Source: Sminthopsis crassicaudata (Eukaryota). Taken from it: DNA of 64,000 bases. Location: positions 443,267,261 through 443,331,260 of the forward strand of contig NC_133620.1 of assembly GCF_048593235.1 (NCBI RefSeq). Reading direction: 5' to 3'. This document shows, piece by piece, positions 38,890 through 50,453 of the stretch (position 1 is the first letter of the stretch; each line of letters begins with the position of its first letter). The notes below the pieces were generated by a model that saw only the letters and a list, made by a program, of their open reading frames with translations, did not search any database and was not told the origin of the DNA. The position numbers were made by a program, and so were the translations under genes.

Positions 38890-41150
38890 CTCACTCCCCT
38901 CCCAACTCCCCTATTCCTGGCAAATAAAAATTAGAAAAAACAAAAGAGAAAGAAAAAGGGAGAAAAAAACCAGCCTTAGAACAAATAAGCTACACAGTGG
39001 CCATGTCTAAGTAAAGTATGTCTATTTTTGTATCTTGAATCCTACTCTTCTATGAGGAGGTGCCATTATAGAGCCTAGAGATTATTGCATTGAGTAAAGT
39101 TCTTAAATCTTTCAGAATTATTTTTCTTTATATTGCTTTCCTCATATAAATTGTTCTCCTGGTTCTGCTTGCTTTATTTTGTATCAGTTCATACTACTCA
39201 GAATTCTTTGAAATTGTCTCTTGTATCATTTCTTATAGTGCAATATTTCATTATACTCATATACCACATTTTGTTTAGCCATTCCCAATTGTTGGATACC
39301 TCTTTATATTCTAATTCTTCTATTTTTAAAAACTTTCAATTCAGGATCAAGAAGTTTGTTTCATTCTTACCTTCCCCCCCCCCCCATATTATTTTCCTTC
39401 TTGATATATCCATACCCTCTTGTTTCCCTGCTAAGCTTGTTATATTTTGACACCAAACTATCAGTGCTCCTTTTTTCCTCTTAAAATCCTCAGACCAGGA
39501 CCAGTGTTCCCCTACCCAAATCCTCTCATTTTTTTCTTTTAACAGAAAATTTTAGCAATACTTTTTGAAGCCATTCAGTGTCTGAAGGGACACTTTTTTC
39601 TTTTTCCTTTTTTGAAATAATATATCAGCATATAGTCCTCTCCAATTGCTCCAATAAATGTATATTTCTAAGTTTCTCTTGTGTTTTCATTTCATAGTAT
39701 CCATAGAACTCTGGTCTTGTAATTTGAATGAAAGACTTTATTCCTTTTTTTTTTCCCCCCCTCCTATAGGATTGTACTCCATTTTGGAGGCTAATTATTT
39801 TTTGTTTTAAACCTAGGCCTTTGGAAATATTGCATTTTAAGATCTCTAATTATAGTTGAAGCTGCCAGACCTTAGGTCCTTAACACTTACCAGTTGAGGT
39901 TTTTTTTTTTTCCTTTTCTTTTCTTTTTTTTTTTTTTTTTCTGATGCTTGAAGTAAAATTTTCTTTGATGTGTGAGCTACGGCTATCACATTCTTGTGAC
40001 TTTGCTTTTGGGGGTTCCTTTCAGAAAGTGACTGATATATTCTATCTTTATCTTGTCCTTTCATTGTGCTATAGGCAATTTTCATTTATGATTTCTTAAA
40101 ATGTAGTATCTAGGTTTTTAAAATGATCATTTCTACAAAGTCCAATTATCTCTCCCTAAACTGTTTTTAATATCAGTTTTTCTGATATCATATGTCTTTG
40201 ATTTTCTTCTTTTCCCCTCAGATCTTCCTGTCTTCCAGATTACTGATTTCTATTTGAGGTATTTTATTTTAAAAAGTCTGTTAACTTGAGTAAAGTTTAC
40301 CACTTTCTTTTCTAAACTTTTTATTTATTCTCCTCTAATTCTTTCTTCCAGAGATTTTCTTTACACTTTTATTTCTTGTTAATTTTTAATAGATATTTAT
40401 ATAGTTCTTCTGGAAAGTTCCTTTTTCCCTCCTCTAAAAAAGGATTCGCTTTTGCAGTTATAATGGAGTTACTTGATCCTTTTTTCGGAGGATCTCTAAT
40501 CATTTTTGTTGGGTCAATGTGTTATTTTGTTTACTGAATTGAGTTCCTGAACGAGGCTTTAATATCGAAGAGGGGAAGGAATAAGCATTTATTATGGCCA
40601 AGCTTTGCCCCCACCTAAGCTTTGGGTTGGAGTGGTTTGTCTTGCCTGGTTTCACCCTGTTATCTGAGTTCCTTTGAACTTGGGTTCCCCTCAAGGAACT
40701 TTGGGGTTCAGAATATTGGATCTTTAGGGCTTTCTAGGATCTCTCAGGACAAAGCTTAGGGACTCTAGCCCTTAGGTTCCCTGAGCTGCTGTTTGTTCCC
40801 TGGGAGTTTTTATCCTGGGGATAGAGGACAAGGAGTTGGAAAGAACAGTTGTTGCTGTTTCAGGGCTCAGCAAGCTCTACATGTTGTTTGTCCCACTGGG
40901 AGGCTGCTGGCTTGATTGTTTATTCTGGCACCAGCCTCCTTAGAAGCTCCCTCTCTTCTTACAGGCTTTTGGCTTACTTTTTCTGCATTTCTAAGGTGCA
41001 AGAAGATACTTATTGTAGCATTTCATTAATATTTCTTGATTATTATTTGGTCTCATGCACATTTTATGTTTTTAATGGGATAGGTATGGTGGTCCATCTT
41101 CATGTTGGCCATCTTGATTGGAAGTTTATACTCATTTCCTAGACCAAAGG
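38890..41150 (-). mobile_element. Degenerate LINE-1 pieces (3' end next to an ORF1-like remnant)
   Basis: ORF1p-like DRIYQSLSERNPQKQSHKNVIA...KILLQASEKK at 39846-40085; L1 3' motif at about 38900-39310. Confidence 0.6.
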
Positions 41151-41779
41151 TCCTGCATTAAGTTTTCCACCTTCATCTTGGTAATGAGTTTTGCTTCCCT
41201 GTCCTCCCAAGACTATATTTTCTTTTAGAGAGACAGATTTTATTTTCAGGGGACAGAACTGAGGGTGCCTATCTCCACAGATCATTTATCTTCAGATATC
41301 TCTGTGCTTCTTCCCTGTGGCTAGGAGCTATGATAAACTACTGGGACTTAATTCACTTTCCTATAATAAGAGCTGGCATTTCTATGGTGCTTTACAAAAT
41401 ATTTTACAAACATTTTAGCTTTTGATCCTCACAACAGCTCTATGTGGTAGGTATTATAGACATTTACTATCCCCATTTTACAAATGAGATGGGTTTTTTA
41501 AGATTAAATTAAGGCAAATGTTTTGCTGATCAGGTCCCTCCCTGTATGTATTGTCCCCCTCCTTTTCTGGGGAGTTAGAAATATAGAAAACTATATAGGT
41601 GGAAGGAAGCCGGACTTTTTTTTGGCAAAGCCTATTTGGCATAGCTTTCACCCTTCTTGGTAAATACTTGCCTCTTTGATAAGTCCTAATATCAATTTAG
41701 AGAAAAAAAGTCACATTTACAATTGAGGAAACTGAGATTCAGGCAAATTAACTTATTTGTCCAAGTTCCTAAACAATAA

Positions 41780-43800
41780 ATGAATCAACAAGCATTTATT
41801 AAGCATTTAGTATGTACCAGGCACCATGCTGGGTACTGGGGATGCAAAGACAAAGCAAACCAGTCTCTGCCCTCAAGATACTGACATTCTAATAATGGGA
41901 AGACATCTTGTCTCTTAAGTGGGTACATATATGATACATGCAGAATAGATGGAAGGGAAGGAACAAGCAATTGGAAAGACTTCCTGCACAAAGTGGGATT
42001 TGAGCTGAACCCTGAAAGGGAGTCAGGTATTCTAAGAGGCAGAGATGAAGAGCAAGAGTATTTTAGGCAGAGGAGGCAGCTAATGCTGAGGCAGAGAGAA
42101 GAGGGGATGAAGGATTGTACGTGAGGAAAAGCAAGGGCCATGAAGGGCTTTAAATGCTAAGGAAGAATTTATATTTGGTCTTGGAGCAGGAAGCTACTGG
42201 GCTTATAAAGCAGAAGAACAACATGGCCACCTTTGCTTTAGGAAGATCATGTTGGCAGGTGGGTGGGAGTGGGGAGAGTTGAGGCTCCCTTTGAGTGGTC
42301 CAACTGAGAAAGGAAAAGAGTCTTATCTAGGGGGGGTTGTGTGAATGGAGAGAAGGTGTCAGATGTGAGACGGTTTTGTAGGGGTAGAAATGACAATATT
42401 GGGAAACTGAGTAGATAGATGAGGTGAGGGTGTGGAAGATACCCTGCAGATTGCACGACTAAAAGTACTACATGGCAGAGCTGAATCTGGATCAATTCTC
42501 CTGGACTCTAAATCCAGTGAGGGTCTGTAGTACATCATGTTGCCTCCCCATTCCCAAATTAATCTAGAAGAGCTCTTTAAATCTCCAGCCTTCATCTGAC
42601 TTGGGTGTTGGGGATTCAAAGAAAAAGCAGAACCAGTTTCTGTCCTGCCCTCAGCTCCCATCTGTGAAAAGGTTGTCAAAGAAAAGGGCATCAACATCAA
42701 CATAACAGGGATGAATGTCAGAACTCAGGCTCAAATATGGAGGTGATTCTGGAATGGTCAAGGAGAGGGTGAACATCATTGTTCTCAGAGATATCTGAGT
42801 TTAGAAGAGAATCCCATCTCTTTAGTCTGGAGAGGAGACAGGGGGAGCAGGTTCTGTTTAAGTGAACGTGGCTGATAGAAATCTCTAACCAAAAGGTAGT
42901 ATGTATAATGGAAAAGATGCTGGGCCAAGAATCAGGAGCTTTGAATTCTAGTAATAACAATCAAACCACAAGCTTTTTATTAAGTACCTAATATGAGACA
43001 AGCTCTGTTGAGATGCCTAGGTCAAAAATACAAAGAATAAGATAGTCTTTTACAAAGAGTTTTCATTCTAATAAGAAAGACTGCAAGCACATTTATACAG
43101 AATAAATATTAAGAGAATAAATTCAAAGTTGTCGTATGCAAGGTAGTTTGGGAGGAAGGGCTTCGTTTGGAAGGTAATCTTGAATTGAGTAAGGAAGATA
43201 TCAATTAAGTGAGCTGAACGTTTGGAATTACATTCTGGTAATAGTGAGTAAAAGGCAGGAAATGGAATGGCATGTATGAGAAATAAAGAAAAATCAAATT
43301 TATCAGGATCACAGAGTAGAGCAGAGGGAATAATGTTCAATGGAGATGGAAAGATAAATTGGGACCAGATTGTGAGTTTTAAAAGTTAAAGAAGTTTCTA
43401 TCCTAGAGGTAATAGAAGTTGATTGAATTGACAATGAGGTTTGACATGGTCACATCTGTCTTTAAGGAAAATCATTTTGGCAACAGGATGTAGGCTAGGA
43501 ACCTTAAACCAAGGAGAGATCCACCAAGAAGCTGCGGTGATGACCAGGTAAGAGAAGAGGAGGCCTGAGCCAAGATAGCATGTAACTCTGGGAGAAATCT
43601 ACCTTTTGGAGGAAGAAATGACAAGACTCAACAGCTGGAAGATGATGCTGAGATGACAAAGCCGGGATCCTGGGGCCTTGACAAAAATCATGAAGCTTGA
43701 GCAAGAGAAGGGTTTGGGGGGAAAGATGAGTCCAATTCAGGACACGTTGAGTCTGATGTGTGTCCAGAACATGCAGTTTGAAATATCCATATAGCGAATG
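41780..43800. mobile_element. Ancient L2 fragments
   Basis: L2 3' terminus CAACAAGCATTTATTAAGCA...TGTACCAGGCAC; similar pieces at about 5700-6700 and 34980-36560; boundaries approximate. Confidence 0.55.
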
Positions 43801-45040
43801 GTGATGTGGGAGACTGGATTGTGAGTCCCCTGAATAGAGATGATAGACTCTTGGGAGACAATGTGTGATCTTCTGTAAGTTTCAGCCTTTTAATGCCTTG
43901 ACCTCCTCCTCTTTAAAATAAACTAGATTAAATGACTTCTTCAATACATTCTGTTTTTAGAACCGAAGAGACATGTTGCAGTGAAAGGACCACTGAGTTG
44001 AGTCAAAGGCTTTAGGTTCAAATCTCCCCTGTGAACTGAAACAAATAATTTAATCTCCCTGAGCCCAGCTTCTCATCTGAAAAATAAGGGGATTGAAATA
44101 GATGGTTATCTGTCTCTAGATCTGTAACATTTCACTTGCTAGTGCCATTTTGGGAAATCCTTGCCTACCCTTCAATCTCCAAAGATCAGTTGTAGTTAGT
44201 CTGTGGGGTGAACTGGCTTTCCAGTTTTGGCATATAGATCCCTGAGATCTTTTACTTTTCTTTCTATATCTGCTCTTCCTTCCAATGGCTCCTGAAGAAG
44301 GAGAAGGTGGCAGTTACAATTGGAGACGGTGTATGTGAAGGGGTCAAGAATGAAGGAAGAAAAAGAAAAGGGGACCTAGGGGACTCGGGGAACATTCTCT
44401 TCAATATGGAAGGATTTAGATGTTTTGAAGCTAAGAAATCGGTCAGTGGTTCTGGCCTCCAACAATGGAAGTGGTGTCATTTTCATGCCTTTTGGCTGTT
44501 CTTAACAGGTCAGCCTGGTGAGTTTGGAAGGAGAAAAGCCAACATACTCAGCCATTTTGAGGGGCACCAAGGGAAAGAGCCAGAGCTGGCCCAGAGGACC
44601 AGTGATAATGCCCTTTTATCCCGCTGTCCCAACTGGGGAGCATGAGGTGAGACCTAGGTTTTCAATGCTTCCTTATTCTTTGGAGATGCTGCTTTTGGGG
44701 TGGGATCCCAACACACTGCTCTGTAACACAGATAGACACAACATACATGCACATGTTTTGTATGTGTTCTCCCTGTATATACAAACTCACTGCTATTTGC
44801 AGCTGGATCCACACACAATGCATATGCTGTGACAGCTTGGATGAGAGACAAGGTGGAAAGAGCATGGCATTTGGAGTCAGTGAACCTGGATTTGAACCTT
44901 GGCTCCTTCTTGGTATTGGTTGGATTACTTCACCACTCTTAAGACTCAAGTTTCTTTATTTTCACAATTAAAGTGTTGGATTACCTAATTTATGTCCTAG
45001 AATCCTGCACATCATACAGCCTCAAACAAGCATGTCTGTG

Positions 45041-45560
45041 GCATGAAGCCTGCCAGTGTGGGCACACCGGGAGTGTATCTCCATGCATGAAGCCTGCCAG
45101 TGTGGGCACACCGGGAGTGTATCTCCATGCATGAAGCCTGCCAGTGTGGGCACACCGGGAGTGTATCTCCATGCATGAAGCCTGCCAGTGTGGGTACACC
45201 GGGAGTGCATCTCCATGCATGAAGCCTGCCAGTGTGGGCACACCGGGAGTGCATCTCCATGCATGAAGCCTGCCAGTGTGGGCACACCGGGAGTGCATCT
45301 CCATGCATGAAGCCTGCCAGTGTGGGCACACCGGGAGTGCATCTCCATGCATGAAGCCTGCCAGTGTGGGCACACCGGGAGTGCATCTCCATGCATGAAG
45401 CCTGCCAGTGTGGGCACACCGGGAGTGCATCTCCATGCATGAAGCCTGCCAGTGTGGGCACACCGGGAGTGCATCTCCATGCATGAAGCCTGCCAGTGTG
45501 GGCACACCGGGAGTGTATCTCCATGCATGAAGCCTGCCAGTGTGGGTACACTGGGAGTGC
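45041..45560. repeat. 44-bp minisatellite, about 11.8 copies
   Basis: Unit GCATGAAGCCTGCCAGTGTGGG(C/T)ACACCGGGAGTG(C/T)ATCTCCAT starts at 45041, 45085, 45129 ... 45525. Confidence 0.98.
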
Positions 45561-48072
45561 TGCTCCTCTTTTTGCTTTTAGTGTCCTTGCCATTCTGTAG
45601 GCTTCACTTGAATTGGGAGTTTGCAGCTTTTTAGTCCTGCTCGCCTTCTTCTGCTCCCATGAACTCACCCTAAGTTGGAGCACTGAGCCACTACCCATGA
45701 TTCTATTTGAAAGGGCCCAGGCAGCTTCTTCCCGCCCCCCTCCCCCCTGCTGAATTTAATTTGGTGGAGCTATTGACTTTGCATTTGTGCCTCTTATGAC
45801 ATTTCATACAATGCAGGGCCCCGAGGCCTTTCCAGCCTCCCTGGCCTGTGCTTCCACCTTTGTGTGGCCATCCTGCCACCTACAGGCACTGCCTGAAATA
45901 GCACTCTCCTGGAGCAGCTGGTGCTCGGGCCCTTCTCTGCATTGCAGCTGGGGTGACCTGGGCCTAAGAGTTCCAGGCTTCTGGGCTGCCCACAGAGAAA
46001 GGAGAGGTGAGGGGCTTGGCAAGTCTGGGAGAGCCAGGGCAGCCTGCCTCAGGCCTTGTGAATGGAAAAGGAGGAAGAGTATAGCATGGCATTTCGGAAA
46101 GGAAAGAGAGTCACCGGCTGGTGGCCCAGTCTCTGAAGACCTCCCCTACTGCTCCAGAGACTCCCTGGCTTCCTACTTCGTTCCCGGACTCCTGGATTCC
46201 CAGTCTCCCAATCAGCAGAAACAGCTCTGGGACTCTTTCTTCTGGCATCCTCTATTATAGATTCAGCAATAACAGTGAATCCTGAACACCCGAAAGAACT
46301 TCTGGCTTCTCAGTCATCTGGGAGTGTGTGTGTGTGTGTGTGACCAATTGTGTCCTCAGTAAGTAAGAATATGGACTGTGTGTGTGTGGACTGGGGGAAA
46401 TTTGTTTTCCTCTTGGAATAAGACGAGGCTTCTGTTGATGGAAAAGGGTAGAAACTGCTGATAGTAGGTACAGAACAAGAACCCATTATGCATTTCAGTC
46501 CTTCTGGCTTGTTTCTTCTCTTTTATTTTTTCCCTTTCTCACTTTTCAGATGTTTGCACCCCTTCTATTCTTTGCCTCTTCCTGACTTTCTGTCTGACAA
46601 TCTCTTTCATTGTCCCTCTGTGTCTCCCCCTTTTCTCTTCTCTTTTTCCCATCTCCATATATCTATCTGTCCATTTCCCCATTTCCCTTCTGTAGGGATA
46701 TTTCAGCTGAACAAGCTGTCTCTCTTGCCAGCTTTTCCATCTGGGTTTCTGACGGATGGGTGACTTCCCAGGCACGGCTTCAGAACAAGAAAAAACTGCA
46801 ATAGGAAGGCAGCCATTGGGAGTTAGCCAGCCCTCTTGTCCTCCTTTCCAGCAGCTTCCAGATCCCTTGTCCCTCCCTGACCCCCCAATTTGACTGCCTC
46901 CTTTCCTTGTGCCCCAAGATTTGTCTCTTTTCCTCTATCCCCACTGGTAGCTGATGGGCCTGGGGATTTGGAGTATAGTCATTCTCTGAAATATTCTTTT
47001 CCCCCCCAGGATTTGTGGAAGATAAAAGGAGCTATGTTATCCAGCTAAAGAAGGCTAAGGAGGAGAGTGGCTGACATGTTTCCAGAGGTGGAAAACTTCT
47101 TATTCCCTAGTCCCTTGGAGAATAGGGTGAGAGGCAGAAAGGGTCTGACTCTAATGGGAGGAACTTGGATTAATTTCCAGGAAAGATTTCCTGGCCTGTT
47201 CAGGGAGGAAGCTCTTGACAGAGAAGTGATTCTTTTTGGCTCAGACTGGATATGTCGGTCGCAGAAAGGTGGAGGAATAAGTGTTAGGATTCATGAATTT
47301 ATAGATGAGAGGGAAGGTGAAGGAGGAAAGTGACAGCTTTGACAGAATTGAAGGGAATGGATTGGTGGAAGAAAGACTCAAAATCACTCTTGGTTTTCAC
47401 CGATTCCAGCCTTTTGGCAGCGGGTTTAATGGTGCCCCTCTGTCAGGCAGACATGGTGCCTGTGCACACCATTTTCTCCTTTCCCTCGATCCCAGGGACC
47501 ACGAAGAGCATCCTCTTTCTAGCTCTGGGCCCTGGGGTGGGGGTGGGGGCAATAGAAGGGTGTCTGCCTCTGTAGAATCTGTACCTGGGGGAAAGAGGCA
47601 GAGAAGCAAGTGGTGACCTCACAGGCCCATCTCTGGGATGGCCCCGCCACTGGCTCTGGTGATTGGTTTTGACAATTAAATGAAGTGAGGAGCAAAGATA
47701 TGTTGCTAGTGATCAAAGAAGGGAATGGGTCTAAGACCCTTGGGTCCTATTGCCCGCTTGTGTGCTGGTGGGAGGTAATAGCCTTGCACTGTTCAGAGGA
47801 TGATGTCTCATAAATCTCCAGCACTCCAGAACCCTCAGGGAACGGGGAGAATCAGTGGAAGTTGGCTGTCATTTCTCGGTGGGAAATGTCCATGGAGCGA
47901 GGCAGAGGCGCTCAGGAGCTGCTGCTAGCCGGCACAATGAGGGCGGGGGCATGCTGGGGACACTTGGGTCCTGATTCTCCAGAACATCCTTTGGGGTAAG
48001 GCACTGGCCCAACTAGCCTTCTCTCCACTAAACCTGGCTTGTCTGGGCTCTCAGGGAGGATGGAAAGGGAGA

Positions 48073-49854
48073 TCAGAAGAGTTTGGCAGTGACTCGGTTG
48101 CCCCCAGCATCCCGCTCCCCTGAAGTGCGAGGAAGCACAAAGTCAAAGGTGGTGTGATGTTTGACTCGTCCCTTGCTTTTGCTCCACAGGGCAATGAGAC
48201 CAAAACAGAGGGTTACCGAGGTGAGGAAGGGGAGGAAGCCCACAGCCAAGACTACCACCAGGCCCCTGCTGTCCAGGAAGAAGGGTCCCGGGGCGCCCAG
48301 AGAGGTGACGTTGGTATCAGAAAGGGTCCCGTTAGGGGACGTGATCCGGACCACCTCCAGCCAGGTGCTCAGCGAGTCATTCCCGGCCACGTTGCTGAGC
48401 ACACAAACGTAAGCCCCGCCGTCTCGTAGCTGTACTGAGCGGATCTCCAAGGTCCCGTCCTCAAGGACTCTCACTCGCCCAGTTCTTCCCAGCCAGGTCC
48501 CCTGGGGCCCTCGCCAGGAAACGGTAGGAGCCGGCTCTCCGTCCCCAGAGCAAGAGAAGACCGCCTGCTGCCCCTCCTCTGCACTGACCCTTCGTGGCCC
48601 AGACCTCTGAATCAGGGCTGCCCGGCAGGTGAAGTGCCCTGGGGGCAGGATGTCCGAGAAGTCCCGGAGGTTCTTTCCCTTGACATGGAGTGGACTGGCA
48701 CAGGCTGGGGGGGATTTGCCAAAGTCCAGGTGGTGACGAAGCCGGAGTAGCCACAAGAGACGGCAGTCGCAGATCAGGGGGTTACCAGCCAGCCGCAGGG
48801 TGACCAGACTGCTTGGGGAGGGGAAGGCAGCTTCTTCCAGGGTCTGAAGAGCATTGTTGGCCACATCCAGGAGGCAGAAGGCAGCCAAACCATGGAAAGC
48901 GTGAGCAGCAATAGAGGCGAGATGGGCCCCTGAGAGGTGGAGTTCCTGGAGCCGTACTAAAAAACTAAGTTTCCGGGCTGGGATATTTGAGATGGGGTTC
49001 TGGGACAGGTCCAGGACCCTGAGGAAGTTCAGATGGCTCAGGGCTTGGAAGGGCACGGAGCTCAGGTTGCAGTAAGTGATGGCAAGGTGGCTGAGGTTGA
49101 GCCCGGCCAGGCTCCCGGGTTCCAGGGCCCTCAGAGCTGGCCATTGGTGGATCTCCAACTCCCGTAACTGTCCCAGTCCTCTCAGAGCCCCAGTGGGTAG
49201 CCGACTGATGTCCAGCTCACGCAGCCTCAGCCCCGTCAGCCCTGGGAGCCGTGCCAGAGCAGGTCCAGGCACGGTGCTGAGATTACATCGTTCTAGGGTA
49301 AGGGTGCCTAGCTTTGCCAAACCCACAAAGGCCCCTGGGGCCACAAACACCAGGTGATTGTCCCCCACTTCCAACTGCTGAAGGCTGCCCAGCTCTCCAA
49401 AGGCACCATCCAGGAAGAGGACGATCTGGTTCAGACTGAGATCCAATAGGGTGAGGGAGGAAAGGCCAGAAAAAACGCCGGGGGCCACGATTCGGAGCCT
49501 GTTACCCCGAAGCCGCAGAGTGAGGAGGTTTCGGAGACCCTGGAAGGCCCCAGGTTCTAGGGTGGAAAGCTGGTTGTGACTGAGATCCAACTCAAGGAGA
49601 GGTCCCAGGCGGGAGAGCATTCCCCTTTGGAGACCCCACAGGCGGTTCCTACTCAAGTCCAGGAGCTCAGTGTCTGGGGGGATCCCCCCGGGAACTGCCT
49701 CCAGCTGCCGGCTGGCACAGAGCACCGCCTGGGGTTGGGAGGCGCAGTCACATGCTGCCGGGCAGCCTCGGCCACTCCTCCCAGCCAGAAGGAGCAGAAA
49801 GAAGAGGGGTGGCCAAGGGGCGGAGACCCAACGGGAAACCACGTCTGTGTCCAT
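48073..49854 (-). CDS. LINGO4: Leucine-rich repeat and Ig domain-containing Nogo receptor-interacting protein 4 (593 aa)
   Basis: Intronless ORF: signal peptide [22 protein letters not shown], LRRs, [16 protein letters not shown], Ig-I domain, TM segment and C-terminus [10 protein letters not shown]. The start MDTD at 49854 aligns with the recalled human start; the ORF-track ATG at 49908 lies upstream of a CAGCAG acceptor (49865-49870). Confidence 0.96.
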   Translation of the reverse strand: MDTDVVSRWVSAPWPPLFFLLLLAGRSGRGCPAACDCASQPQAVLCASRQLEAVPGGIPPDTELLDLSRNRLWGLQRGMLSRLGPLLELDLSHNQLSTLEPGAFQGLRNLLTLRLRGNRLRIVAPGVFSGLSSLTLLDLSLNQIVLFLDGAFGELGSLQQLEVGDNHLVFVAPGAFVGLAKLGTLTLERCNLSTVPGPALARLPGLTGLRLRELDISRLPTGALRGLGQLRELEIHQWPALRALEPGSLAGLNLSHLAITYCNLSSVPFQALSHLNFLRVLDLSQNPISNIPARKLSFLVRLQELHLSGAHLASIAAHAFHGLAAFCLLDVANNALQTLEEAAFPSPSSLVTLRLAGNPLICDCRLLWLLRLRHHLDFGKSPPACASPLHVKGKNLRDFSDILPPGHFTCRAALIQRSGPRRVSAEEGQQAVFSCSGDGEPAPTVSWRGPQGTWLGRTGRVRVLEDGTLEIRSVQLRDGGAYVCVLSNVAGNDSLSTWLEVVRITSPNGTLSDTNVTSLGAPGPFFLDSRGLVVVLAVGFLPFLTSVTLCFGLIALWSKSKGRVKHHTTFDFVLPRTSGERDAGGNRVTAKLF

Positions 49855-50315
49855 GCCCTCGTTACTGCTGGGAGAGGCGCTGATGGGCGAGTCCAGGCCT
49901 CCCTTCATTCTGGGTACAGACCCAGGGTTTCCTTGGGAATCTTGGAGAGCTGGGAGGGAGGAGAGCCCGGTGTGCTCAGGGTGGGCATTGCCAGCGTGGA
50001 GGGCACAGGACCATATAGAATCCAGATTGATTACCCCCCAGAGTCCTCTTTGCCCTCTTCAGGGCTCCGGCCTCCTCTCCCCACCCCTCTGCAGCCTAGC
50101 CTTTATCTAGAGTGGTCGGGACTTGAGGTAGCCATTGTCTCTGGGCCCGTGGCTTCTGGTGGGTGCTTACGATTAGTTAAAGCCAACTAAGTCTGGTCTT
50201 GGTGAGGAGTGTTGGGGAGGTTTGGAGAAGTGGTGTTATAGTCTGTTCTCTTTATTCTGTGGGGTCTCTAGCCATCTGCCTTCCCCAGTTACCTCATCTC
50301 CATGTCTCGACTTAC

Positions 50316-50453
50316 CTGGAGCCATGCCCGGTGTGCAGCATGGACGGCTTGAAGTTCCGTCTAGAGTTTCCCTGAGTCTCAGGGCTGTGTGTCCGTGGCC
50401 CCGAGCTCCCCGTCTTGCGAGGGGAGAGGCCCTTGGGTCCTGACTTTATCAGC
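50316..50453 (-). other. Candidate LINGO4 upstream cassette exon (138 nt)
   Basis: Acceptor TTTTTCTCCATCCTAG and donor CAG|GTAAGT; open in the LINGO4 frame; no transcript evidence. Confidence 0.45.

Noticed and set aside
44990-45698. Three long ORFs (168-228 aa) as a protein-coding gene or CRISPR-like array
   Set aside because: They result from the stop-free 44-bp tandem repeat. Units are contiguous with no unique spacers and the context is eukaryotic. The HTG resemblance to a zinc-finger linker lacks C2H2 spacing.
49855-49908. ORF-track start MKGGLDSP... for a 611-aa LINGO4
   Set aside because: The ATG at 49908 lies upstream of a pyrimidine-rich CAGCAG acceptor and is probably intronic; homology begins at MDTD.
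49076-50190. Plus-strand ORFs (93, 146 and 204 aa) antisense to LINGO4
   Set aside because: Shadow ORFs of a GC-rich coding strand.
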